Source of the DNA: a virus
Virus record (IMG/VR): IMGVR_UViG_3300009149_000016
Location: 1 to 64,000 of that record
Length of the DNA stretch: 64,000 bases
Direction: 5' to 3' (one strand)
Shown here: piece after piece, positions 37,246 to 46,307 of the stretch
Numbering within the stretch: the first letter of the stretch is position 1
Layout: each line of letters begins with the position of its first letter
Notes under the pieces: generated by a model
Seen by the model: the letters and a program-made list of their open reading frames with translations, nothing else
What the model was told of the DNA's origin: nothing
Databases searched by the model: none
Program-made: the position numbers and the translations under genes

Positions 37246-37895
37246 GACAGCTTCGCTTTCTTGGCCCTGATCGCGTCGAACAGGACATTCCGAAGGGTTG
37301 TTGACGTGACCTTGTTTCGAATCTCGGCGCTCGCTGTGTACCACTCGTTGAGCGCTACCAGGGTGTCGAGCCCCTCCAACTCGCCGAGAAGCTGCTTTTG
37401 GGCGTCATACTCGACTGTGTTGAACTCTGTCTGCTTGAATTCTTCCGCCGACTTGCTTGAAGCGGCTTCCGGCACGTCGCTCAGCTTGTTGGTCACCTCG
37501 GTGACTTGGCCGGCGACTTCGAGTGCCTTCTCAAGCGTGCCCCGGCCCCGCATGACAGCAGCCGGATCCCCAGCGAAGATCGCATCGACCGTGAACTTGA
37601 GCGCGTCGAATGCCGCCATGAAGGCGTTGAACTGCGCCTGGCTCTTCATGTGGGGCAAGCCCATCTTGAGAGCATCCATCATGGCATCGTTGCCCACGCC
37701 GCCAACCGGCCCCACAGTCTCCGGACCTGGTTCCTCGATGACTTCCGCAAAAGCTTTACGGGCGAACTTTTCAGCGTCGCCCCCCTGTGCGATGAGGCTC
37801 TTTGCGACGTCCTTGGTAGCGGACTTCCAAGCCTCCTCTCCATGGGTCGCTTTGATCTGGTCGAGTTGCTTTTGGAGTTGGTCGAAATGGCTCAT
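37242..37895 (-). CDS. Hypothetical helical protein
   Basis: ORF with ATGA overlap. Confidence 0.7.
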   Translation of the reverse strand: MSHFDQLQKQLDQIKATHGEEAWKSATKDVAKSLIAQGGDAEKFARKAFAEVIEEPGPETVGPVGGVGNDAMMDALKMGLPHMKSQAQFNAFMAAFDALKFTVDAIFAGDPAAVMRGRGTLEKALEVAGQVTEVTNKLSDVPEAASSKSAEEFKQTEFNTVEYDAQKQLLGELEGLDTLVALNEWYTASAEIRNKVTSTTLRNVLFDAIRAKKAKLS

Positions 37896-37960
37896 GTCCG
37901 GTCCTCAAGACGCTCCCAGATCGTCGGTTGCGTCCGCTGTCGTTGGATTGACCCCGCACT

Positions 37961-38236
37961 TCATTTCTTTCCCATCAAAACATCGAACATCTTGGCCGAA
38001 TTCTTTTCGGAAGTTGCGGCCCCCATCTCTCGCAAGCCAGTCTGGAAGAGACCTTGAAGTAGCCGGGCCCCTTGCTCCCGGTCCTTCGTGATCGCCCCCC
38101 AACAGCCCTTGCAGAAGGAAAGCCGTTCTCTATTTACACCACTGGCACGAAGATACACGCGCTCTTGTGGAGTGAGATCCAAAAACTCGAAGCCCTCATC
38201 CGGCTTCTCTTTGGTGCAAAGGTCACAAATTGCCAA
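37961..38236 (-). CDS. Small Zn-finger protein
   Basis: CDLC..CKGC; GGAGG SD. Confidence 0.65.
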   Translation of the reverse strand: MAICDLCTKEKPDEGFEFLDLTPQERVYLRASGVNRERLSFCKGCWGAITKDREQGARLLQGLFQTGLREMGAATSEKNSAKMFDVLMGKK

Positions 38237-38861
38237 AATGAGCCTCCGTGAACTGCTTGAGCATAAGACCCATCAAATCGAGAAGCTGCAAGTCCCCCTC
38301 CTCAATCTTCGACCCGAGCAAGACCGCTTGCCCAAGAGGTAGGTGAACGTAGGGCATGGAATGCCGCCATAGAAGCTCACGTTCCAAGGCATAGAAGGTT
38401 TTCAGGACAGGGGCGGATGGGAGGATCTCGACAGAGGCGTCAAACCTGTGCGGGTGGCAAAGCGTTGGGTCATCAATCGAGGACATCATCCGGCAGCGCA
38501 AGGGTCGCCCCTTGTACGCAGAACACTTGTTGTCCCGAAGCAGGGGGCATGGGACAGCGCTCAAGAGCCAAACCTTGTAGTCGAGCCCATTCACCTTGTT
38601 GGACGCCTCCTGAAGGCGGTTCCGGAGCGTTGACGTCCATAGCCGCTCTTTCTTCAGATGCCGGTACAGCAAGATCCCTTCGAAGAAGCTGATAAGCACC
38701 GGGTGGTGACAGCAGTGGTCACAACCCTTTCGGCACGTGATCGGGCGGCGCATCTTGGTCAGAAGCGCTTTGCTTTGCTGCAACCACCGCCCCTCAATCT
38801 CGATCCGGGTCGCCTTGACGTCTGCAACCGCCTGTCGGAATTCAGGGGTCGTCATCGTCAT
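38223..38861 (-). CDS. YkgJ/FliB-like cysteine-cluster protein
   Basis: CRKGCDHCC..CPLL..CSAY..RPLRCR. Confidence 0.85.
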   Translation of the reverse strand: MTMTTPEFRQAVADVKATRIEIEGRWLQQSKALLTKMRRPITCRKGCDHCCHHPVLISFFEGILLYRHLKKERLWTSTLRNRLQEASNKVNGLDYKVWLLSAVPCPLLRDNKCSAYKGRPLRCRMMSSIDDPTLCHPHRFDASVEILPSAPVLKTFYALERELLWRHSMPYVHLPLGQAVLLGSKIEEGDLQLLDLMGLMLKQFTEAHFGNL

Positions 38862-39327
38862 CCTCTAGGATGTGATCAAACGCCGTGAGGGGCGCCCGGG
38901 GAACCTCTTCCGCCCGCTGCGCCCGCTCGGCCATCGTCCCAAAGCTACGAGGAATGGCAACCCGGACGCCGGGGGAGCCAGGGCGGTAGGTGATGATCAG
39001 AGCGTCCCCGTACCGAAGGGCCAAGTCCGGATGCACGTACAAGGGGCCACCCCGGGAATCGATGTCCGGCGTCACCCACTGCATGAACCGGGTGAGGTTC
39101 TCAAGTCCCTGCCGCACGCCCTGAATGCTGCCACGTCCAATAGGGACGGTCAGGAAGGGCCACTCTTCGGGCGGGTTCCAAAGGGTCGTCCACTCAGCAT
39201 CATCGTCGGCGACATCATAGGAGCGGCCGGTCTCATCGGCGCATCGTCCCATCTTGATTGCGCGATTGAAAGCGATGACCTGACGCCGAAGCCCCGCCGA
39301 ATTCACGATGATGTCGCCAATCCTCAT
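38842..39327 (-). CDS. Hypothetical protein, tag A (LTAFDHILEDDDDDP*)
   Basis: Overlapping ORF chain. Confidence 0.7.
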   Translation of the reverse strand: MRIGDIIVNSAGLRRQVIAFNRAIKMGRCADETGRSYDVADDDAEWTTLWNPPEEWPFLTVPIGRGSIQGVRQGLENLTRFMQWVTPDIDSRGGPLYVHPDLALRYGDALIITYRPGSPGVRVAIPRSFGTMAERAQRAEEVPRAPLTAFDHILEDDDDDP

Positions 39328-39653
39328 CGGAACACCTCACCACCATTGAAGCCGTCCAGGTACAGTTGGACGAGCCCCTTGAGGACTTCCGGGGAAACGG
39401 TGTTTTCGTAGGGGAGCGTTGCGTTCTCGACGGCCTTCGAAAGGGCTTGCGGTACGATCTGTGTCAGAGGTGGCTTGCCGTGTCGCTCGACCAGGGCTTG
39501 CCAGTCTTCCCGGGCGTCTCGTTCGAAGCCTTCTGCTAACCAAAGAAGATTCGTCCAAACATCGTCGGGATGCCGTACATTCATCTTCTCACAGACAAAC
39601 CGTTGCAGGTTCGTCCGGATGAGCCGGCGTGCCGCTTGCTGAATTTCGTCCAT
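39324..39653 (-). CDS. Hypothetical protein
   Basis: AAGGA SD. Confidence 0.65.
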   Translation of the reverse strand: MDEIQQAARRLIRTNLQRFVCEKMNVRHPDDVWTNLLWLAEGFERDAREDWQALVERHGKPPLTQIVPQALSKAVENATLPYENTVSPEVLKGLVQLYLDGFNGGEVFR

Positions 39654-39683
39654 AGTGTTGTCCTTACCTAGAACAACACCAAG

Positions 39684-40349
39684 TCATGGGGTCTGGTTGA
39701 TCTCTTCGTTGAGGGAGTCCAGCAGCGCATCATCCTTGGACTTGCCCGGCTCGGCCTTGGTGGGCTCGGCGACAGTCTCGGCCTTGCCGTTCGTCTTGAA
39801 GTAGTAGCCCCGCTTGCCGGCGTGCTTGAACTCCGGGCACTTCGACAGCAGATGGTAGACGTACGTCTGCGGGTTCTTCGACTTCGGCATCAACTTGCGT
39901 TCTTCAAGCTGCTTCATGATGTCTTGAACGCTGATCGGATCAGCAGTGACGATCAGGTTGAGCGACTTGCGAAGCGTCGGGCCCGCACGCTTGCCCTTGG
40001 GCTTGGGGCCTGGCTTACCCTTGGTGGTCTTGGCCTTGGGAGCCGCCTTCGCCTTGGGAGCCGCCTTCGCCTTGGGGCCGGGCTTGCTCTTCGTGAGCGG
40101 CTTGGGGGCCTTGCTGCTCTTGGTCTCGTCCGTCTTGATGGTACCCTCGGAGACAGGCTCGACGGGGGGCGCCTCGACAACCGGGGTCTCGCCGGGGGTC
40201 TCATCGGTCGGGAAGATGTCGTTGAACTTCGCGAGCCGCTCGGCGTCGGCGTTGGCCGTGCGCATCAACTCGGCAAGTGCCGCTTGGCTTTTCTTGGCCT
40301 CAGCTTGGAGTTGTGCTCGGAACTTTTTGATACTGATCTGATCGTTCAT
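39684..40349 (-). CDS. Histone-like/winged-helix DNA-binding protein
   Basis: AKAAPK repeats followed by a wHTH-like segment; GAGGAG SD. Confidence 0.6.
   Translation of the reverse strand: MNDQISIKKFRAQLQAEAKKSQAALAELMRTANADAERLAKFNDIFPTDETPGETPVVEAPPVEPVSEGTIKTDETKSSKAPKPLTKSKPGPKAKAAPKAKAAPKAKTTKGKPGPKPKGKRAGPTLRKSLNLIVTADPISVQDIMKQLEERKLMPKSKNPQTYVYHLLSKCPEFKHAGKRGYYFKTNGKAETVAEPTKAEPGKSKDDALLDSLNEEINQTP
40033..40076 (+). repeat. 18-bp tandem repeat (~2.4 copies) encoding KAAPKA
   Basis: GCCTTGGGAGCCGCCTTC x2 plus a partial copy. Confidence 0.85.
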
Positions 40350-40366
40350 GGGGATCTCCTCTGATT

Positions 40367-40585
40367 TCAGCGGGCAGGAAATTCCCGCTCGATGTCAGCA
40401 TCGGTTACGATGCTGAGGGACCGTAGATGCGCTTCTGATCGGTCATTCGCCAGTGCATGCTGCAATCCCGGCAATCGCCGGTCTTTGCGGCTCTTGGCCG
40501 TCGCAATCACCTTGCGCATCAACTTCGTCCACTCCTCCGGTCGGCTCGGAAGCCTCGACTTCTTTTTGTTGTACACCCGGGGCAT
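40367..40585 (-). CDS. Small basic hypothetical protein
   Basis: MPRVYNKKK.. ORF. Confidence 0.5.
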   Translation of the reverse strand: MPRVYNKKKSRLPSRPEEWTKLMRKVIATAKSRKDRRLPGLQHALANDRSEAHLRSLSIVTDADIEREFPAR

Positions 40586-40892
40586 GGGTTCGATCGTACT
40601 CAGTTTCGAATCGTTTGACAAGTTCAGGAATTTGCATTTGTCTATCTGGACAAATGTCCATGAGTGCCCGAGTGAAAGCAAACCGTAACCTGGCGAGCTT
40701 TTGTTCGTGCTCGGCCTGATCCTGAATCAGCATCGCCACGGCTGTCGAAATCTCATCCAAAGCCGGACCGAGTTGCTCCAAGGTTTTCAGTTCCCCGATT
40801 GCCTTTATGGTTGCGGCGAGATCAGGGGCTTTCTGACTCAGATTCGAAAGCCCTTTTTTTGCCTTTCGGCGGCGGTTTCGTGCTTGGCTCAT
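40443..40892 (-). CDS. Hypothetical protein
   Basis: ATGA overlap upstream; 3' end overlaps the next gene. Confidence 0.55.
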   Translation of the reverse strand: MSQARNRRRKAKKGLSNLSQKAPDLAATIKAIGELKTLEQLGPALDEISTAVAMLIQDQAEHEQKLARLRFAFTRALMDICPDRQMQIPELVKRFETEYDRTHAPGVQQKEVEASEPTGGVDEVDAQGDCDGQEPQRPAIAGIAACTGE

Positions 40893-41260
40893 TGTGCAAA
40901 TGGGGGTCGGCCCTTGAAAACCGTGTAGAACGGAATTGAGCCGGGGTCAGTGTTGGCTTTGTGCTGCATCTCGTCACTGGCATTGCCCGTGGGGAGGCGA
41001 GGCACGTTGTGGGCAAGCTCCAAGAGACGAGCATCGGTCGTGACCCGCTTGAGATCGTTGCGGGCAACCTCATCTCGACTCAGGATCTCGCAGACTTGCC
41101 ATTCGTTCAGGGTGTCCAGAAGGCAAACTTGGCCGTCCATCCAAACGTTGTTTTCCTTGTCCCCATCGCAGAGGCTAGCGGGAGGGCCAGCGTTGCAGGG
41201 GTCCTGGGCGCCGCAAGGATTCTGGTCGTCATCGCATGGGTTGCTCATCGTCCGCTCCAT
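40889..41260 (-). CDS. Cys-rich hypothetical protein
   Basis: ORF in chain. Confidence 0.6.
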   Translation of the reverse strand: MERTMSNPCDDDQNPCGAQDPCNAGPPASLCDGDKENNVWMDGQVCLLDTLNEWQVCEILSRDEVARNDLKRVTTDARLLELAHNVPRLPTGNASDEMQHKANTDPGSIPFYTVFKGRPPFAQ

Positions 41261-41484
41261 TTCTCCCCGGTCAACCGGAATATGTAGACTGTAACATGCC
41301 CTTCAAAGCACGTCTGCGTGATCCGACTGAACAGATAAGGCCTGCGCCGCCTCAATTCAACAGAAGCTCGGACTTCAGCACTACATTTGGGACACTTGGG
41401 ATCAGGTATGACGGGTTCGGAAGAATCGATCGCAGAAAGGATCTCATCGTCGGTCAGATCGGGAGAGTCTTCACGCTCGTCCAT
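41245..41484 (-). CDS. Small Zn-ribbon protein
   Basis: CPKC..C..GH. Confidence 0.6.
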   Translation of the reverse strand: MDEREDSPDLTDDEILSAIDSSEPVIPDPKCPKCSAEVRASVELRRRRPYLFSRITQTCFEGHVTVYIFRLTGEKWSGR

Positions 41485-42334
41485 GGTTCAAAAGGGGAAG
41501 CCTCTTGGTGGTGTCCCGTTTGAGGGGCGAAAGGCTTTCATCGGCACTGTAGCAGTATTGGCAGCCATACGTACAGGCTTCGTTGATCGTGAAGGGCTCG
41601 ACGCAGATGGCGCATCCGCACCCTTCCTTGACGGGCTCCGTCACGGGGGCGAACATGCTGCCATCCTCGCACACGCCGTGGGTGACGTACGTCGTGAGCC
41701 CATTATGTTGGGTCGGACCCGGCAAGGGGGTCGATTCCTCTCGGCAGACCTGCATCACGATGCCGTAGCGCTTGGCAATGGCCGACAGCCGGATCATGAG
41801 CTTGGCTCGTTGCTCCGGGGACCGCTTCTCAGGCATGCGGTCATTCTCCTGCAAGAACGACACGTACACCTTGTTGACGTGCCATTCGAGCCCCTGGGCG
41901 ATCTGTTCGAACCGAGCAACCACTTGCTCATCCGGGATCATGGGTATCGGGCTGAACCGCCACACGACCCGGTCAGGACCGAGAGCGTCCGCAAGCTGGC
42001 GGGTGTGAAAGAGCACCTCCGACAGCGGGGGTACCTTCCACTCAACCTCGTGCCACCCCGTGATCGTCACATGCGCCCGCATGGAGTACCGCTGGCGGTT
42101 GAGCTTGGCCCACTTCGCAAGAGGCTCCGGGTTCTTGGTCCAGAACACGAGCCCGAGTACATCGGCGGGTTGAAGGCTCCAACGATAGGGGAAGGCACTG
42201 CGAGGATCGAAAGCCACCATGTAGCCCTGATCGATTTGTTGCTCGAACCATGCCCACTTGTCCCCCGCACAGATGTCGGTCCACCGGCTCAGACTGTAGG
42301 GTAGGTTCTCCGCTCTGCCCGTCTTCATCTCCAT
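41471..42334 (-). CDS. DUF1848 family (radical-SAM-like) protein
   Basis: SLSRWTDI, VFWTKNP, VVWRFSPI, GCGC, CTYGCQYCY; start placed by GGTGTA-N10. Confidence 0.85.
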   Translation of the reverse strand: MEMKTGRAENLPYSLSRWTDICAGDKWAWFEQQIDQGYMVAFDPRSAFPYRWSLQPADVLGLVFWTKNPEPLAKWAKLNRQRYSMRAHVTITGWHEVEWKVPPLSEVLFHTRQLADALGPDRVVWRFSPIPMIPDEQVVARFEQIAQGLEWHVNKVYVSFLQENDRMPEKRSPEQRAKLMIRLSAIAKRYGIVMQVCREESTPLPGPTQHNGLTTYVTHGVCEDGSMFAPVTEPVKEGCGCAICVEPFTINEACTYGCQYCYSADESLSPLKRDTTKRLPLLNHGRA

Positions 42335-42863
42335 GCCCATCGTCTACACCGGCAAGACGGTTCCATATGGTTGGGGCAAAGGGGACCGGTTCCTCACGCT
42401 CAATCTTCGAAAGCTTCATGAAAGCCCGCAGTCCATCGTAGACTTCCAGGTCGTTTTCAACAGCACGTCCGTTGACGAAAATGTCGCCATTCGACTTGAG
42501 CATGATCTGGGCAGGCTCTGGTACCGGCCCACCCATCGGATCGTAATCCATCCCCGCCGTAAAAGTGAGGTTGCCCCCATTGGCATACGCTGGGTCAGCG
42601 ATGGTGCGATGTTCAAGCTCGGCGTCGACGACTTGGATGCTCGACCCTCTGTCGTCGGCCGAATCCAAGAAAATGTTGACTTCCGTTGGCTCAGAATCTG
42701 CTATCCACGTAGAGGAATTCGTAAACGGGGAGGCGGGATGCTCGGCTGGGACTTGCGCCGCTTCACGCTGGCGGATCTCGGCTTCCGTCTCCTCAGGATT
42801 CCAGAATGAGGAAAGCATTTCCCTCTCATCAACGTGGTGTAGATCAGAAGGGTCGTCAGGCAT
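42042..42863 (-). CDS. Acidic hypothetical protein, tag A (PTIWNRL); 3' part overlaps the next gene
   Basis: GGTGTA-N10-ATG. Confidence 0.6.
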   Translation of the reverse strand: MPDDPSDLHHVDEREMLSSFWNPEETEAEIRQREAAQVPAEHPASPFTNSSTWIADSEPTEVNIFLDSADDRGSSIQVVDAELEHRTIADPAYANGGNLTFTAGMDYDPMGGPVPEPAQIMLKSNGDIFVNGRAVENDLEVYDGLRAFMKLSKIEREEPVPFAPTIWNRLAGVDDGHGDEDGQSGEPTLQSEPVDRHLCGGQVGMVRATNRSGLHGGFRSSQCLPLSLEPSTRRCTRARVLDQEPGASCEVGQAQPPAVLHAGACDDHGVARG

Positions 42864-42884
42864 TGTGAGATTCTACACCAAGTT

Positions 42885-42921
42885 GGTTGATCGAGGCCAC
42901 CCCAGCACCTTAGAAGGGGCA
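42885..42921 (+). promoter_or_regulatory. Class II bipartite promoter-like motif
   Basis: GGTTGATC-N15-CCTTA-GAAGGGGC-A, then a short leader with GGAG SD. Confidence 0.75.
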
Positions 42922-42943
42922 CACACCAACCCCGGAGACTGAC

Positions 42944-43456
42944 ATGGGCTTTTTCTCGTACAATTGCAAATGCTGCGGACACTCACTCATCTCCCAGTCG
43001 GCTTCCTGCGCTGTGACTGCATGGATGGTCGAAGCCGTTGCGATTGAAGCGAATGGCTCCGTGCTCGTGGGCGAGTATGACGGCTACGGACGCATTGGCG
43101 ACCATGAGATCGACGCCTACGGTGAAGGCCCCGTGGCCTATCACAAGGAGTGCTGGGACCACGCAGGACGCCCTACGAACGACCTGACGCCCAGTGAGCA
43201 CGCAGGCGACCAAGGGTTCTTCTTCAACGACGGCGACCACGACATGGCGCCCCCCTCCTGCGAGGATCCCGAGACTTACATCACCGAGAAGCGGATCGAG
43301 CGCACCACGCGCCGCCAAGCCGCCGAGCTTTGCCAGGTGAACAACTGGTTCGAAGAAGCCTGGTACGCCCTCTGCAAGTATCCCGAGGACGAGCCCACCT
43401 GGCTTGAGGACGAGCACAAGCGTGCGGTCAGGCGCTCGGAGTACGGAGACATATGA
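42944..43456 (+). CDS. Hypothetical phage protein
   Basis: MGFFSYNC..GEYDGYG..DQGFF. Confidence 0.75.
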   Translation: MGFFSYNCKCCGHSLISQSASCAVTAWMVEAVAIEANGSVLVGEYDGYGRIGDHEIDAYGEGPVAYHKECWDHAGRPTNDLTPSEHAGDQGFFFNDGDHDMAPPSCEDPETYITEKRIERTTRRQAAELCQVNNWFEEAWYALCKYPEDEPTWLEDEHKRAVRRSEYGDI

Positions 43457-43815
43457 GCAAGCCCCTCCCCGCCAAGTGGTACGACAAGGCCCCCCGCCTC
43501 GCAACCATTGCCAAGTGGATCAACGCGAACACAACCCTACACGCATGGATCGAGGAAGGATTCTGCGACACGGACCGCAAGTACAAGGGGTCTCGAATCC
43601 GGTTCCCGGGCAAGGGTCGAACCGGCAATCACCTGTTTGTGACCACCGAAAGGGTTTCCCGCCATGCGATGACCCGGGCGGAATTCTACAAGTTCGAAGT
43701 CATCTCCCACAACGCCGCCGAAACCTACCGGTCCAATGACGAAGTGGTCACGAGCCTCGACCACTACTTGAAAAAGAACCCGAAGCGGTTGATTGCGACC
43801 AAGCCCACGCCTTAG
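43453..43815 (+). CDS. Hypothetical protein
   Basis: ATGA overlap. Confidence 0.7.
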   Translation: MSKPLPAKWYDKAPRLATIAKWINANTTLHAWIEEGFCDTDRKYKGSRIRFPGKGRTGNHLFVTTERVSRHAMTRAEFYKFEVISHNAAETYRSNDEVVTSLDHYLKKNPKRLIATKPTP

Positions 43816-43823
43816 AAGGGGCA
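43787..43823 (+). promoter_or_regulatory. Class II bipartite promoter-like motif
   Basis: GGTTGATT-N15-CCTTA-GAAGGGGC-A(CAATG). Confidence 0.75.
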
Positions 43824-43825
43824 CA

Positions 43826-44206
43826 ATGAGAGCCATCAACAAAAAAGCCGCCGCCATCCTCTCCTCAATCGTCGAAGGCATGGAGCCCGGCACCAGCAAG
43901 AAGATTGACAACACGGGCGGCACGTTCATGCCCCTGTCCGTCGAGCGCCTCACCGAGGACCGATACTCGATGGCGCACTACTTCACGCAGAATGGTGACT
44001 TGTGCGCCGACCCGGACATGGAGTTCTGGCGTGGACCCGATGGCAAGTTCTACCCCATCGCCATCCAACAGATCTACGGCTACCAGGTCGCGATGACCTT
44101 CGGAGCCGATGACAAGCCTTCCGGCACGTACCCCCGTGCCCAGCGCGAGCAAGCGGTCTTCGCCGCTCAGTGGCTCGACAACATCAAGAGTCAACAGGGG
44201 CTCTGA
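43826..44206 (+). CDS. DUF6908/DUF1249-like protein
   Basis: FMPLSVE..SMAHYFTQNGDLCADPDMEF..WLDNIKSQ. Confidence 0.7.
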   Translation: MRAINKKAAAILSSIVEGMEPGTSKKIDNTGGTFMPLSVERLTEDRYSMAHYFTQNGDLCADPDMEFWRGPDGKFYPIAIQQIYGYQVAMTFGADDKPSGTYPRAQREQAVFAAQWLDNIKSQQGL

Positions 44207-44209
44207 GAG

Positions 44210-45439
44210 CTACTTGTCGGTCTTCTTACGGGGCTCGTGCCGCCAGGCCGAGCCCTCTACTTTGTCAGCAAGACTTGCACAGAACGCGCCGGGGTCGTCG
44301 ATCTTGCCTTCCATCTTTTTGATGCAGGCGGTGACCTTGTGCTTGTTGTCGCCCGTGAGCTTGCCCCAGAACTTTTTGACGCTCTCATCCGTCCAGCCCT
44401 TCGGCAGCTTGTTCCACTTGCCAGCCTCTACGGTCACCAAGTCGCTTCCGAACACCAGGGAGGCCCGAACGCACCGGATGCTGTTGGAAGCCATCTTCTC
44501 GGCGCACTTGGGGCAGATCTCGGCCATCATCTTCTGATCGACCCAGAAGTCCGACAACGGCTGCGAACCGATGTGCTCGGCTGCGACCCGAAGGGTCATG
44601 TCGGAAGCGGTCTTGTTTTCTTTTCTGAGGTGGTCAAACAGTGCGCCCATGGCGTATTTCTCCCGTGGGGCAATTTCATTCCACATCTCGTCAACGACGT
44701 CTTTGATTGCCCAATCGATCTCTTGCGGCTGGTTTTCGACGTCAAGCCCCTGGTCCGTCAGGTACTTCCAGACCTTGTCGTAGGAGAATTCGCTCCCCCG
44801 GCCTGTCAACTTCGCCATGATGTGGCTGATCGCCTGGCGCTCCGGGGTCCAAAGGTCAGACATCGACGGGTCTACTTTGAAGTCGAACGGAAAGACCCCT
44901 CGACGAACGTTGTCGATGGCTCGTTCCAGGTCGCGCCGGATGAATTTGTCGAAGTAGTAGCGAACCTGAACCTCGATCTCCCGGGTCCAATCGTCCTTGT
45001 TCTCTTCAATGGAATCTTGGAGGCTTTTGAGAACCTTGTCTGCAAGCTTGCGCATGAAGCGCTCAATCCGGCGAAACGTCTTGTTGTCAACCCGGTTGAT
45101 CTGTCCCTTGCGGTCAAGCTGGACAATCTTGGCTGACATCTGGTTCGCTCGGCCGTAGACCTTTTCGTTGCCGTCGGTCGCACGCCACATGGCGACCATC
45201 TTGCGTTCCGTGTCGTAAACCCAAAGGTACTTCCACTTGTTGCCGGAAGGGAGCTTGATCAACCGTGCGCCGCCAGGTACCTCTTCCTCATCCCCTAAGG
45301 CATCCATGAGGGGACCAGCATCGGTCGAGAGGTTATAGGTCTCACCATCGATCTTGACGGTGGGCACACCCGGCTTGCGTTGCAGCGGGATCACATCACC
45401 AGAAAAGCGTTGAACGATTCTTTGTACCAAGGGATCCAT
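44210..45439 (-). CDS. Multidomain hypothetical protein with tag B variants
   Basis: N-terminal LVQRIVQRF; internal MTLRVAAEH. Confidence 0.7.
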   Translation of the reverse strand: MDPLVQRIVQRFSGDVIPLQRKPGVPTVKIDGETYNLSTDAGPLMDALGDEEEVPGGARLIKLPSGNKWKYLWVYDTERKMVAMWRATDGNEKVYGRANQMSAKIVQLDRKGQINRVDNKTFRRIERFMRKLADKVLKSLQDSIEENKDDWTREIEVQVRYYFDKFIRRDLERAIDNVRRGVFPFDFKVDPSMSDLWTPERQAISHIMAKLTGRGSEFSYDKVWKYLTDQGLDVENQPQEIDWAIKDVVDEMWNEIAPREKYAMGALFDHLRKENKTASDMTLRVAAEHIGSQPLSDFWVDQKMMAEICPKCAEKMASNSIRCVRASLVFGSDLVTVEAGKWNKLPKGWTDESVKKFWGKLTGDNKHKVTACIKKMEGKIDDPGAFCASLADKVEGSAWRHEPRKKTDK

Positions 45440-45464
45440 CACCCCTTGTTGAACCATCAAAAGT

Positions 45465-45860
45465 CTAGTTGTCGATGAGTTGGGCAAGCTCAGCGTAGGT
45501 TTCCGAAAGGGTACGAAAACACTTCGCCATCTTCGCGTGCTTTTGCTGTGACGGGGCGGGTGTCCCGGGCCTCGAAAAGTGCTCTTTGATTCGGTTGGTG
45601 TCCTCGGTGCACATGCAGAAGCTCTCGATTTGGTCCCAAAGCGTCAAGCCCGAGCCTGTTTGCATGGTGCGCTCTAGAATTCCAAGGGTGACGGCAACAT
45701 CTCGCACCCGACGCCGCCGTTCTTTTGTTGAAAGCCGTTGAGCCCCTAAAATCCGGTCGTATTCGTTCCGACGGATGGGCCGTCCAAGGATACTTCCGAG
45801 CTTGAGCATGATTTCCATACCAAGCTTCCGGTAGTTGTAGTGCTGTTGTTTCGTCGGCAT
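45465..45860 (-). CDS. Hypothetical protein
   Basis: GGTGTA-N9-ATG. Confidence 0.65.
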   Translation of the reverse strand: MPTKQQHYNYRKLGMEIMLKLGSILGRPIRRNEYDRILGAQRLSTKERRRRVRDVAVTLGILERTMQTGSGLTLWDQIESFCMCTEDTNRIKEHFSRPGTPAPSQQKHAKMAKCFRTLSETYAELAQLIDN

Positions 45861-45868
45861 GGGAAGAC

Positions 45869-46306
45869 CTACACCATCCGGCCGTCTTTCGGGTACCACA
45901 GGCGAGGCATGAGACGACGCAAGGTCAGGATGGTCGAATCACGAGCAGTTCCGTTGAGAGTGAACCGGGATGGGCGTCGCGCATTTCTAACCACCGCATG
46001 GGGTTGGTTCATCCGCTCCGTGTAGTCGAGCCACGCCTCCCACGCTTGCTGGGGCGTGAAGTGTGACGGCACGTTGAACTCGATTCCCCGTTTCGAAAGC
46101 CACACTTCCCAGTTCGGACGCTCCCAGACCCAGTAGCGGCGATGCCCCAAGACAAGGCACTGGGTTTGACGCCCGAGCCAATGCCTGTGGGCATCTACGA
46201 GCCGCCCTCCCTCATCAGAAAGGGCAAACGAGAATCTCAGGTAGTCTTTAGCGAATTCAGGCCCGAACAGGTCTGATTGACTCACGATGTTGAGGATGGG
46301 GACCAT
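45869..46306 (-). CDS. Hypothetical protein
   Basis: ORF in chain. Confidence 0.55.
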   Translation of the reverse strand: MVPILNIVSQSDLFGPEFAKDYLRFSFALSDEGGRLVDAHRHWLGRQTQCLVLGHRRYWVWERPNWEVWLSKRGIEFNVPSHFTPQQAWEAWLDYTERMNQPHAVVRNARRPSRFTLNGTARDSTILTLRRLMPRLWYPKDGRMV

Positions 46307-46307
46307 G

